A stretch of 64,000 nt of DNA from Geosiphon pyriformis uo1. Lineage: Eukaryota; Fungi; Glomeromycota. The notes under the pieces were generated by a model. It was not told the origin of the DNA, searched no databases, and was given only the letters and a program-made list of their open reading frames with translations. Every line of letters starts with the position of its first letter. Position 1 is the stretch's first letter. Where the stretch lies: assembly GCA_016748015.1 (NCBI GenBank), contig JAAOMT010000076.1, positions 186,001 through 250,000 of the forward strand, read 5' to 3'. Shown piece by piece: positions 36,026 through 49,482 of the stretch. Both the position numbers and the translations under genes were made by a program.

Positions 36026-39000
36026 TAATCTCTAAAATCAATTCATAATTTCCATTAAATTTTTGATAATTCAAAAAATACCATAAAAAATATTAAATAA
36101 AATTTATAATATGAAAAATAGTTGTTACTTTATTTTCTATAATAACATTAAGATAAAAAATTATTTAATAAAAACATTTTAATGTTAAACTTGATTGATT
36201 AATTAATTTTTTAAAATACATCAAAACTTGATAAATATTTTTTTGTTTTAGCAAAATGTGATTTAATTATTAATTATTTTATATTAGGCAATATATATAC
36301 TGTAATAAGAAATAATCAAGCACTTTTAAAATGTGACCAGCATTTTCAGACTTATATTAAGACTAAATTAAATTAATATTTTTAATTGCTTCAACATTCA
36401 AACTCAATTTTTTCTTTATCTTAACTTTAAAATAAGTTTAAAACTTTTAAGATACTTGACACAAATATTTTTTTCCAATTCAGTAAATTATGATTGCATC
36501 AAAAACATTTTGATCTTAAAAAATACTAAAAATGTTAAACGAAATATTTACAATACTTTTAATTTGGTCTATTATTAAAAAAAATATGTGTAATTATACA
36601 TTTAATTATCTTAAACTAATTAATAAATAAAAAAAATATTATTTAAGCTTTTTGAAAAACTTTTATTTTTTTTAAAAATAACAAATAAAAAAATTTTAAT
36701 TTTACAACAAGATGGTAAATAAAAATTGTCAATACATTACAAAACAAATTTTAAACTTAAACTTCCAAAGAAAATATATATATATATAAGCTTTACAAAA
36801 GAAATTGTTAAAAGCACAGCAAATTAACTAACAACTTAAGCATATAAAACAAATTTAACAGATTAAGTTAAAACGATGTTTTTTGGATCAAATTGCTTAA
36901 TAATCTTTAAACAAAAACAAAAACAAATTGAAGTCAAATGACAATATTAATAACCAAAAGTTTTTTTATTAAACACTGTTTTTCTTAAAGTATTAATATT
37001 TGTTGTTATTAAAACTAAGTATTTCTTAAATTTTATAAATTGTGCAACCAAAAAAAAATTAATTAATTTGGTTTTTAAAAATGTTTCTTAAAACAATCAT
37101 TTCTTTTAATTTAATTTTATTAATTTTATTAGATATTTCAAAAAAAAATTTAAAATTATTAAAAAATGTGTTTAGTAAAATGCAACAGTAGCAAAATTAA
37201 AAACAGAATTATGAATTTTAATCCAATTTTTTAGATAAAATAAACTTACATATTAAAACATAATTTGTTTTGCTTTTTTAATAAACAATAATTAGTTAAA
37301 GTTAATTATATTAGACAATATAACCAAATATTAATATGTGTTTATTTTAATAAATATATTGTTGTTATTATTGTTCAAATTAAATAAAAAAATTATTTTT
37401 TACAGCTATATTAAAACTAATTTTCATATTTAAAATTAATAAAATAGGACTAATAAAAAACCAAAGCTTTATTTTCTTTGAAAAAAGCTGGTTTCAAAAC
37501 AATAATAATCTATTCAAAGTTTTTCAAAAAACCCAAAACTGGTGCTTTAAAGAAACCCAAGAATTTTTTTAAAATTTCAAAAAAATTTACTATTAGAATT
37601 AAAAATAATAATAATTACTTTTTAGGACTTTATTTTTTTTGACCATTTGAAAATGGTAGTGGTAATAACTAAAGAGAACGGTAACTTTGTTATTTTTATA
37701 AAAAATTGATAAAATAATATAAATATATATATGACCAGCTAAATTTAAACATAAATTATTAATCCAAGTTTTGAATATTTATTATTCACAGTATTTAATT
37801 AAACATTGATTAAAAAATGGGGTAAATTTTAGCAGTTTTAATTTTCAATAATCAAAAGTTATCATTATTTTTTAAAATGTATTTGCAGTAAAAATATTCA
37901 AAATTAAAACTATATTATTTTTAATTTAAGTTAACAAACTTTATGTTAATTCTTAATTTCTTTAATATAAAATTTAAATATTTTGACAATTAATTTTTTT
38001 ATTTCTTTATATATTGTTTCGATTTAATTAAAAATAACTTTATTTAAATATCCTAAAAAATATGGCGCTAATCTTTATTCAAACTTTTTTTAACATGCAT
38101 AAAGTATTTCAACAGTTAATAAACTTTTGTGAAGAAATTAACTGAAAAAATTTTTCAATCTGTTTTTGTTCGAAATATAGTTATCAATAATTAAAATAGA
38201 TTTATTATGAGTCTTTACAATTTTTTTAAAACTATATAAATTATATTTTTATTATTTTATTTTTATTATGAAAATTTAATTTATCGTTATTTAATACTTA
38301 TTAAATTTAAAAGCATAATTTACATATAGACATAAAGGCATTTAGCATGATTCTCATTTAATGCGCTTCTGTTAGTATTAAAAACAACAAAGTTATGTTT
38401 TAATATTGACAAGTTTTATTAAAGTAAAATTTTTATAAAATTCTATTAAAAAGTATAAACGAACTTTTATTTTACAATAATAAACTTTATTTTAAAGTAC
38501 TATATCGTATACTCTAGAGTGTCTAAAATAGAGTTTATTGAAAATAACAAAATGATTGAACAATTATAAGTTTAATTCACTTTTGGTCAAGTAAAAGCAA
38601 CATAGAATATTCGCAGATTGGCGTAAACTGTTAATTATAATGAAATTGTATAAATGTTTAGTCGGACCGATTCTAGGTGTTGAGATTAGGTATTACATAA
38701 TCAAAATTTTCGATGACAAATAATGTAGTAAATTAATAAACAGCCATTTTGCCCAAATTTTCATGTATTAAAGAATTTAACCCAAACGATCTTAATGGCA
38801 AAAATGATCTTGGGAATCAATAATTTCGGGAACTATATTCAAGCAAATAACCGTTGCCTTTACCAGACATTTGATTTATTCCCTCGTTGTCAATGAGAAT
38901 TTGTTTCTGGTGAGGGAGGGAGATAATATCTCTAATCATTTGATCAGTTTGATATTACAATTATTCGTGACTCTTGTGAAACAGTTACTTTTCAATTACG

Positions 39001-39339
39001 TATTTCAATCACATTAGGGCATGATCAAACAATTAAACATAGGCAAGCAATCTTGTAAAGCTTTTAATAATAGATCATCATCAAACACTAACAAATTTGT
39101 TACCAAAAAAACTTAAAAAACGATATAGTTAAAAACTTATTTACAAGGGTATAATGAGAAATTTTATAAATTTGAAAGGGCCAAAAAGACCCCTGAAATG
39201 TCAATGATATGTAACCTAATTTTTTTTATACCAGTGATGTTAATGTGTAATGTAAATGCAAAATTAATAAATTCCAAATCATAGTAATAAGATACTTTTT
39301 GATCATTATTTGATATGCGCAGTGCTTGCCACAAATTTT

Positions 39340-42300
39340 TCATCTCAGATATTTATGTGTTATTATGGTTGGAGGAGAATTGAAGGTGTAGGTTGCACAG
39401 TCTACAATTGGATGATGTTGATGATGATGATGATGAGGTTATAGTGAGTTTCACCAATCTTTCAAAAAGAAAATGCTAGTAAGCAAAGTTCCAAGAATTA
39501 AAAATCGCTTACCAGTTCCTACTATTGTCCAAACAGCAGAATCAGTGACATCTTCGGTCCATAGGGCCCCAGAAGCTTCATTGGTGTTTCGAGAATTGGA
39601 GAAATTTCGTCCATCTGAAGCGATTCTCGCTAACTCAACCTCACTAGCAACACCACTAAGACTATTGACCCTTCGTCGGTTTTTGATTGTTTTTGACAAA
39701 GAATGGGTCGGCTTAACAGCGACCGATGTTGAAACTCGTCGTTTACGAATGATTTTGCCTTCCTCGGTATGAACCACAGCGCTTTCACATATAGGTGAGG
39801 AATCGGTGGTAAAATTCATCGGCCATGCTGTTGAAAGCTCGGGAGAAAAGTTGGTGGTTGAAGATGACATTGATGGGTTCATCAGCATGTCAAGGAAATT
39901 ATGGTTAACCGAGGTTGGCGTTGTAGGTGAAATCATTTTTCGACCTTCATGAGCTCGTTGCATGCCGACGACATCTCCGAGACATGCTAAATAAGTGCCT
40001 GGACCAGGTGAATGTGTTCGAGAGGGAGATGAGAAAGTGGAGGAGGAGTTTGGCGGATTGATATCCTTGATCTGAAACGCGACCTTGTGCAGTTGTGAAA
40101 CTGGATCGCCAAGAGCTGTGAAAAATGAACGAACAATGATATAATCACGGTATTTAGCATGATAGATTGAAGAAGTAACTTCTCATAGTTAAAATATTTA
40201 ATTAACATACCTTCGTCGCCATCCCCAAAGCCACTAATATTTTCCAAAAGACCACCACCAATCACCATACTACCCTTGTCAACTTTTCGAATAACCATTA
40301 CAGGGCTAGTCATACCGGTCGTCAGACATTGTAGTACAACAGGTTGATTATAATGGATGGGAATAGGAGTTGAAGAATTGGCCTTGATGGCAGACGGAGG
40401 TGGTCGAGGGTAATTAGGTTGCAAAGGTTGTTGCGGTGTGTCATCTTTTCCATTGTTCTTGTTGTGATGCGTATCAACAATCCAAATAATGAACGGATCC
40501 CAACTTCCGGTACGGGCAACAAAACAAGGAGACGGTTGTTCCATCGCAACTGGCGATCCAACGCTATTATATGTCCATTGAGTATAGCCTTGATGGGTAT
40601 TTGGCATTGATACCCCAAGGTATTTAGTTGAGACAGTCTGTGATCGGATACGATTAAAAAGCGAGATGGTAGTGCCATGATGAATACACAATTCCATATT
40701 TTTGACACTTTGTCGTTTCTTGCTAGGTTTACTGATGACTTTAATCGGCTTGCTAGGGAAAGTACCGAAATTATGACCCAACGGGCTTTGAATCTTGACC
40801 AAAACTTCTACGCGTTTTCTCTTTTCATCGGCATCGTTAATGTATAAATGTTTTGAAACACATTTGCCACTGAAAGCCATATCAGAGCAAGATGAAGGGT
40901 CAAGAGAATTCCCAGTAGGGCTAATCCATTCCAATATTCCTTGTTGATGAGTTTGCTCGCCTGAAATACCAACCGTGATCTTGGGAGCACTAAGTGTTGT
41001 CGTTGCATGACAACTTCCGTTCCCATCCTGTGTGGATGGTGACTGAGTCCACCAGTTTGATCCCAAGATTAAAGTTGTTGGAGGTGGACACAAGAATCTA
41101 TCATGTAAAGAGGTATTTATGTATTTTATGGTTAGCCATATTTGAAAAGAATTGGAAAAGTATATTCACCACCACTACAACTGCCACCACCATCACACCA
41201 GATATATTACGTACCTCTTCTCAGTACCATAAGATTTTTGGGCCACTTTAGAGGTTAATACCATTACCGTCTTCTCACCTAACGAAGCAGGATTAGATGA
41301 AGTTAAATATTGTGGAATTGTCGGCTTCATCATAGTTGCAGTATTGGTAGAATTCAATTGAATTCCACTACTAGGGATCACAGGTACACCTGGCATATTA
41401 ATTGCGGGTACGGCAGGTGATATCGATGAAGGAACCGAAATAGTCTCTTCATCTTCTTCAAGAATTGTGGGAGAAATAGGAACACGACGAACATATGATG
41501 GGGTGTGTGGAGGAGAAGGTGAAGATGAAGGGGAAGAATGATGAGAATCTTTAGGAGTTTGAGGGGGTGACAAAACTGGAGTTGTCACGTTAGGTTCATA
41601 TTTGATATTTGGTGAATCAGATAAATTACTGCTACGTCGTTTTCTGGGTGATATTGGAGCACGAGATTGACAATTAGAATTTTTGTTTTGCTCTTGTTGT
41701 TGTTGTTTTCGTTGTTGCTGTTGTTGCTGCTGTTGTTGTTGTTGTTGTTGCTGTTGTTGTTGTTGTTGTTGCCTTTGGAATTTACTAAAGTAATCAGACA
41801 CCTCAGATGATTTATTGTTACTGGTGTTTGGGGGAGATTGTGTTAGCAATTGGGTAAAGGTTGGCTGAGGGGTAAAATGCTGTTCAACTGTGGATATGGC
41901 AGCAGGTGTGACTGTAGTCGGATTTTCCATAATCTGGTCGACCGTGAAAATAGATCCAGTAGAACTCGCGTTGTCATAAGTAGATTGACGAGTTGAAGGT
42001 AGTGATGCAGCTACTTCCATGAGTGCTGAAGCCTCGATGGAAGCTAGGTTAGTATTAATCCCAAACCCATTGTTAATCATGGAATTATTAACACCAAGAA
42101 AGTCCGAATCAAAAAAAACTGGTGTTGCTGGCATTGTCACAGCAGATGAGGGGGTGCTTGATAACGAATCAGGGGAAAAGCTATAGTCACCGGTTGGTAT
42201 TTGGTAATAATTTAATTGAGTATCAATATTTAATTGAGATAATTGAGGTCTGCGATTGCGTGCAGCAGCAGCAGCACCACCACCACCACCTGAGCTCGTA

Positions 42301-43625
42301 ATCTGATTATTCAAAAGTGTCGATGAGGTCACAAAAGAAGATTCCTGTTGCTGCGGCTGTTGGAGTAATTGATAATCTGATTGATCTTGAAGAGATGATG
42401 AATGTTGTAATCTCGAATGTGAAATTCTTTTAGAGTCACATTCTTCTTGTTCTTCCTCAAGTGTTGCTTCCTGTTGTTGCTCCTGATTTCGTTGTTGCAT
42501 CTTTTCATTCTCATCTTGAGCTGCGACTGCAGCGGTAGCAACGGCCAACTGATCAAATACACTAGTTTGAGGCTTGAAAGTTTGATGAGAACAAGGAAAA
42601 GTAACAGAATTAGGTCTGAATATCATATTAGAAGGTTGATTAGTATATGTGTTGGTGCCACAATTCGATGAAGAAGGTACAGATGGTGGATTTGAGACCA
42701 CTTGTTGAGGATCTTGTCCAGTCATGATAATATCTCCATAAGTCATGATAGGGGTGGTGCTGGCTGATACATTTGGTGTAAGATTATTTGAAGTGACCGA
42801 ATCGAAATCATAATTGTCTGAAGTGGTTTCATTACCGTTTGAGAAATCCCCGGATAACGGTAGTGATGAATTCAAATTCGAAGTAGCAGCGGCAAAAGAA
42901 TTTGCATATAAAAGGTCTGCGACAAACATATTATCTTGATACGAAGTCAAAGAGTCATTTAAATTCGAAGCACAATCCGTGTTCCATACTGGTAACCCTA
43001 TATTACATACGGAAGTTGGTTGAGTAGTGTAGCTTGCAGTCTGATCAGCACCTCCTGTTCCACAATTATTGTGAACATTTGTGTTGTTGTTGTTCTGCTG
43101 CTGTTGCTGCTGCTGGTGCTGGTGCTGGTGTTGAACGGTGATGCTATTATGGCTGCAAGCAGTAGAGAGTGATGGGGAGTTGACAGGAGTTGAAGGATTT
43201 GATTTAACAAATTCTGACCAAACAGGAGATGCATAAATTGCGGAAGAGTTGAGGTGAGTCAATGATGTATTCAATTGAGGACGATATTGAAGTTCTGGTA
43301 ATTGTTGCTGGTGTACTGCATACATTGTTCGAGTCTTTTGTTGTTGCTGCTGTAGATAAAATTCGGCAGCGGAAGGACTTATAGTGTATTGATACTCTTG
43401 CTTGCGTTTTTTCGAGTTTTGAGACGGTATTGTTACGGCAAAATTGATTATATTCAAGTTTCCAGTACCAAAATTTTGGTTTTGGTTTGAGTTATTGTTG
43501 AAAGTTTGAGAAGTATTTCCAGTTGGTGTAAAAGGGGTGGAATGGTTTGAAGAAATTGTATTATGGTTTATAGCCGTTTGATACGCACTAAACATTTCTG
43601 CAGGATAGGAGCTTGACTGTGCCAT
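39340..43625 (-). CDS. CSL (CBF1/RBP-J/Su(H)/LAG-1) family transcription factor, 4 exons, ~1320 aa
   Basis: Exons 43625-41215, 41097-40211, 40115-39513 and 39401-39340 with GT-AG introns stay in frame (3963 nt). Splicing restores the CSL hallmarks KVAQKSYGTEKR|FLCPPP, KHLYINDADEKRK, GTFPSKPIKVISKPSKKRQS, ISLFNRIRSQTVSTKYL, HYNQPVVLQCLTTGMTSPVMVIRKVDK, DPVSQLHKVAFQ and WTIVGT|DCATYTF. The long Q/S/N-rich N-terminus resembles that of fungal Cbf12-like CSL proteins. Confidence 0.95.
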
Positions 43626-44106
43626 TTTGATGGAAAATATTTGAATGTGATTAATTTCTTGAGAATTCTTGTTAGTGCAATGAAATTATGGTCGGTTGTT
43701 TTTCTGATGCTTTCTTATCTCTCTTTTCGTTCTCTTTCAAACTTTTTCGATTTTGCAAGTATGTGTGTGTGTGTGTGTGTGTGAGCAAGCGAGAAATGGA
43801 TAAGAAATAAAAAATTTGTAAAGAAATTAAAAAATTGTGTATGTGTGTTGTGTGTATAATATTATTATGTTGTAGATATTGTATGAACCAGGAAGAGTCC
43901 ACCAATAGATCGTTGTATAAATAGGAAAATTTAAAGTAATAGCGATGAGATAATATAATAAAGTTTTTGGGTGTGTGGTATGATCAAAGCGTGGTTGGAA
44001 GGGTGGGATAAAGTTCAAGAGTTAGTTGGGTGTGATGATTGATTGATGAGGATATTTTTTTTGTTGGTATTATTATTATTTATAATAAATGAGGGTTCCC
44101 AATAGA

Positions 44107-44156
44107 GGTGGTGGTGGTGGTGGTGGTGGTGGTGGTGGTGGTGGTGGTGGTGGTGG

Positions 44157-44202
<46 letters not shown>

Positions 44203-44220
44203 GGTGGTGGTGGTGGTGGT
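44107..44220. repeat. (GGT)17(GAT)10(GGT)11 compound trinucleotide repeat upstream of the CSL gene
   Basis: Counted directly; ~480 bp upstream of the CSL ATG. Confidence 0.95.
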
Positions 44221-44845
44221 AAAAGCCGTTATAGAAAGAGTACCATAATGATCAAATGTGATAATAGAAAATGGGGTACATTTGTTAGTATCTCGATATA
44301 TGTGCAGATAGTAGTTTAAAAAAAAATTAAATCTGGGCACAACTCAATTGAAAACTACAATAGGGTGAAACCATTGAAATAAACAATTAAAAAAAGTGAC
44401 ACACTTAAAAATCGGAAAAAAGTTTGTAGTTGCCGGTGAAAAGAATAAAATAAAAAATAAAAAAAAAATAAAAAAATGGGTAAAAAAAGGTTTTGAAAAT
44501 TAACGATGAAACATTAGCATTTTTGCTTTAATTATTGGGAAGAGATGTTTTTTATTTAGGAGGAGGAGGGATACAAACAATGAAAAGGATACAAGTAAAT
44601 AAAAAAAGGAAAAACCAAACTCACTTTTTTCTGTTGGTCAAAAAAATTTGTCAATAAACGGCAATGTATTTTTTTCTTTCCGGGTATCTCTCGTATGTGT
44701 TTATAGTATAAATTTTGGTGGTTTATGTTCTTTGATGTTTATGTATTGTTTCGTTTAGAATTGAACACGGTACACGGCATAAGGATTTTTCTTTAGAATT
44801 TATTTTAAAATGTTGATTGTGATGATGATGATGATGATGATGATG

Positions 44846-44880
<35 letters not shown>

Positions 44881-45583
44881 GTTGTTGTTGTTGTTGTGAT
44901 AATTGAAATTAAGAAAACGTGTTTGGCCAATCAAAACAAAAGTATAGAGATAGAGAATTTATATTGGGATTTTTTTTTTAAGGTTATAACTTGAAAACTT
45001 TTAGGAAAAATTCTTCTTCAAAAATGTGAGATATACACCAATTGAGAAATAAGGAACTTTTTGCAGTGACGTAAGTTTGAGTCAACGGTTTTTTTTTTTT
45101 TAGAGAATAATGAAGAATATTTACAAATAGATGATGATGAGCTCGTCAAAGTAAACCTGTGAAAGCTTTGATGGTTTTCTTTCAGAAGAGTCGTTACCGA
45201 AAAATAACCAAAAAACTTCAAAATGGTCGATAAATGGAAAGTGAACGAGCGAGTGAAAAAAAAAGAGAGAAGGGATGCAAAGGAAAAGTTGAAGAAGATG
45301 GTGTATTTATATATATTTATAAGTTACTGTATAAAAAAATGATAATTTTACTTTTGATAGGTGGATGATTGATGATGATGATTTTTAAAGTACGTCAACA
45401 TATCAAACTATTGCGCAACGAAAAGCTTAGTTGGCTGTTGATATTGCTGTTGTTACATTAAATCAAAATCAAGTTATTGAATAATGGCAATAATTGATGA
45501 TGAGTGACAGAAACAGGAATCTGCATAAGTTTTTTGAAACCAAAAAGTTCATAAAAAGAAAAAGAAAATGAACGTTTAAATTG

Positions 45584-45628
<45 letters not shown>

Positions 45629-46635
45629 ATGTACATAGAATGTACTTTAAGTTTTTTATATATCTATTTAGTAGATCAATTTAATTATTTAATTTTTAAC
45701 CTATAGTGTAGGTTAACTTTCTTATAACCATTTTCGGCCAATCACGCCATTTGATATGTTCTTTTAATATTCTTTTTCACAGGTTTCTGAAATAATAAAT
45801 AAATATTTTTGGGGAGAAAATTCGAAAAGATCGATTACCAAAGATAAAACCGAGTTATGCTTTAAATCAAAAGCATTTGACAATTCTTACTATAAACAGT
45901 AACTGCCACACGGACCAACTAAACAATTGAAAAAATCCACCGGTGAACTCAAACGGCTGCAAGGTGTCGTCAAGGTGCTGTAAAATTCTTTGGAAAGGAT
46001 CTATTTGCCGGAAAACTTTGTGGATATTTGAACTTTAAAGATAATGAAATTCGAAAAGGCAGCGTTGGGGGGAGGGGGGTTTTTTTTTTCAAAGTAATAT
46101 TAAATATTTACTTCTATTAATATGGTATCAGGATTTTTTTTTTTTTTTTTTTAATAATATGCTCATTTTTTACCGGAGTTTTCAAAAATTCCCAAGTAAA
46201 AGCAACAAAAAGGTTTTCTTATTTTGATTAAAACTTTGAGAATGGTAAACATGCTAAATGCATATTTAAACTGATGATGTTCGAAAGAATTCTCCGAATA
46301 TATCAAAATTTTTTTTATGCACATATGAGATTTATTGTGTAATGATCAATTATACTTCAATTCAAATAAATCAATCAATTGTTAGTGCTGCGGTGATTTA
46401 TTAAAAAGATAAGCTTCAAAAATTAACATCCTTTGCCACCAAATAGAGTATGTACCTTTCATGAATATGGAAAACAATAAAAAAAATTTTAAAATTAATT
46501 TGTTTAATTGTATCTGTATTAAAGAGAAAAATATTTTTTTTTGTCGAAAAGAATATTGGGTTGAAATCGATCTCAAATCAAACGGGTTTTAAAAAAGATG
46601 ATTTTTTTTTCCATTAATTAGCACATTTTAAATAA

Positions 46636-46672
<37 letters not shown>

Positions 46673-46901
46673 TATTATTATTATTATTATTATTTTAGAA
46701 AATAAATAAATAAAATATAATATATCAAAGTTAAATAAAAATTTATTTTAAAACATTTAAAACTGAATTAAAATAACGTGATTTTATTTTTACAGATAAA
46801 TATAATTTAAAAAATTTTTTTAACTATTTATTATTCATTCTTAAGGATAAATTCATGATGAAAATAATGTATCTTATTTTATTTCTTAAAAAGATTGATA
46901 T

Positions 46902-46947
46902 TCAAATCAAATCAAATCAAATCAAATCAAATCAAATCAAATCAAAT
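46902..46947. repeat. (CAAAT)n pentanucleotide repeat
   Basis: Seen directly. Confidence 0.9.
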
Positions 46948-47618
46948 TAAAAGGAATCTTTTCTTTAATAACAAAAAATTATTTAATTTTACCTTTTTTC
47001 GAAAAAAAAAAAGAAAAACTCTAAATCTTATTAAAAATATCTTAATTGGCACGCACGAAATTTTACTGGATAAACTTTTATTTTTTCTTATTTTGAACAT
47101 TTTGAGAAAATAAAGATTATTCATTCATTTTCAAATAAGTAATTTAGTACTCCAAAACAATCTCGTTTGTTCCCTTGACCACTGACTGTTTATTGAGAGA
47201 ATTAGAGTTTCCCACAAATAAAAAAAGTTAATTTTTTGAAACAGTGTTATCAGAATCAGTAAATCCTTCCAAAGTTTTATTAAAAACGAGAAAAAGTTTT
47301 TCTACTCACACACAAAAAAAAAAAAAAAAAAAAAAAAGATCTGAACCAATCATGCCACCTTATTTCTTTCACGTTGCATTCTAAACTTTTCTTTTTGATT
47401 TAAATATTTAATCGAGTTTATAACTTTTTTTTCCCTTCTTAAATGTGTGTGTGTGTGTGAATCAATCTTTTTTTCATATCAATTCTTTGAACGAAAATAT
47501 GAAAAAAAAACCATGTATATAAAAATTTTTATCATTCAAAAGATTTTCTCTCTCTTCATATAACCATCATCTTACTTTGTTAATTTAATAAATTATCCCC
47601 TTGAAATTATATTTAACA

Positions 47619-47654
<36 letters not shown>

Positions 47655-48413
47655 TTTAAAAAACTTTTCATGTCGTGATTTGAAAGGAAAAATAGTTTTA
47701 GTCTAACGAGACACACTCACATGCTACCTCTGATCACTTCTTGAATAATATTTTCAATGGCGCTAAATACTTTTATGCATCTCAAATCTCTTTGATCTTA
47801 AAATGCTTCAGAATTTTAACTTCAATACAATTTCCAAAACCAGGAATATCTTAAAAAAGATCGATATAATGTCCCCCTGAAATTAAAAAAGAAAAAAGAA
47901 AAAAAGAGAATGTACAAACCTATTCCGGTGAAAAATAATAAAAAAAGCTTCCATCTTATTACGGTCTCGTGCAAAATCAACCATTATCATCATCATCATC
48001 TGCTGCTGCTGCTGCTGCAAGATTACATAGGCTGAAAGTTTATTTAATAAAACCCCTAAAAATATTGTACAATGAAAAGGTGGAAAAACTTGTTCATCTG
48101 TGAGAAGTAAATTAAATAATAAAATTATTCAATATGCAAAAAATCGTGATATCGTTACAAACATGGTAAAATTGTATGCATTGACAAACGTGAATGCAAA
48201 ACAAGAGATTATTATTATTATTTTTTTAAAAACTAAAAAAATATTGACTTTTAAACAAAGAAATCTTTTTGCTCACAAAAATTTTCAAAAAAAAAGAATT
48301 CATTCTTACAAAAGCTCAAAACAAGCAAACTCCCATTTAAAGAAATCGCTTTGAACCCGTGAAATATTGTGAATTCAACAATTACTGATTAAGTAATCCA
48401 TCAAAATAATATA

Positions 48414-48464
<51 letters not shown>

Positions 48465-48465
<1 letters not shown>

Positions 48466-48615
48466 NNNNNNNNNNNNNNNNNNNNNNNNNNNNNNNNNNN
48501 NNNNNNNNNNNNNNNNNNNNNNNNNNNNNNNNNNNNNNNNNNNNNNNNNNNNNNNNNNNNNNNNNNNNNNNNNNNNNNNNNNNNNNNNNNNNNNNNNNNN
48601 NNNNNNNNNNNNNNN
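48465..48615. other. Assembly gap (N) preceded by poly-A
   Basis: N run following ~46 A. Confidence 1.
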
Positions 48616-48952
48616 AATAAATAATTGAATCTAAACTTTTTCTAAAATCAATAGCCAAATATTTTCTTTCTCCCCAAAAAAGCTCTCCAATTGAAAAAAT
48701 GCAAGTTCTCCCAATACTTTGGGGAATAAAAAAGTCAAAAATAAAATTTTTTGACAATCCCCTATGAGATACTACGACTTGGTCCCTGACCGTGCATTGA
48801 CCAAGCCTATCATGAAATCGGGTGTTACAATCCATAAATGTTAAACAACAAACAAACACAAAAACGTTTCAATTTTTCGGGCGGGCCTCAGACACATGTA
48901 GTTTTTCGTTTGTGCCTGTTGTATTATTACCAGTAGTATGTTGTGGTTGTGG

Positions 48953-48985
<33 letters not shown>

Positions 48986-49446
48986 TTGTTGTTTTTGTTA
49001 TTGTTGTTTTACTCGTCTGATCTCAACTCATCAATAATGATTGTATTACCAGTATTTTAAACGCTGAGCTGCTAGATGAAGTCATTCCGATAAAGTTCAT
49101 TTCTACATATGGCATATCTCGAGATGACCAGAATATTTTGGCTGATATGATGTAATTGGTTCGTCAAGTTTACAAGTTTCTTTCAGAGGATGTGATATGA
49201 TGTCAGGTTTTGTTTAATGACGGAAGGATTAAATATTTTAATTTCAGTGCCATTTTCGAATGGCAGGCTCTTTTAGATTATCTTTGACCGAAAGAATAAA
49301 ATCGATAACGATTTTTTTTGGTTTCATATCTTTTTATTTTTTTATTTTTTCTTGCAAGATTTATCGGATCAAGCTTCTAGATACTCACTTAATTGGCCAA
49401 AAAAACACTAATGTTCTTTTAGTTTACAAAAGCTCAGTTTCTTTTC

Positions 49447-49482
<36 letters not shown>

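Noticed and set aside
39473-43234. Antisense and alternate-frame ORFs within CSL (and within DUF4419 at 8683-9732)
   Set aside because: Shadow ORFs of real coding sequence.
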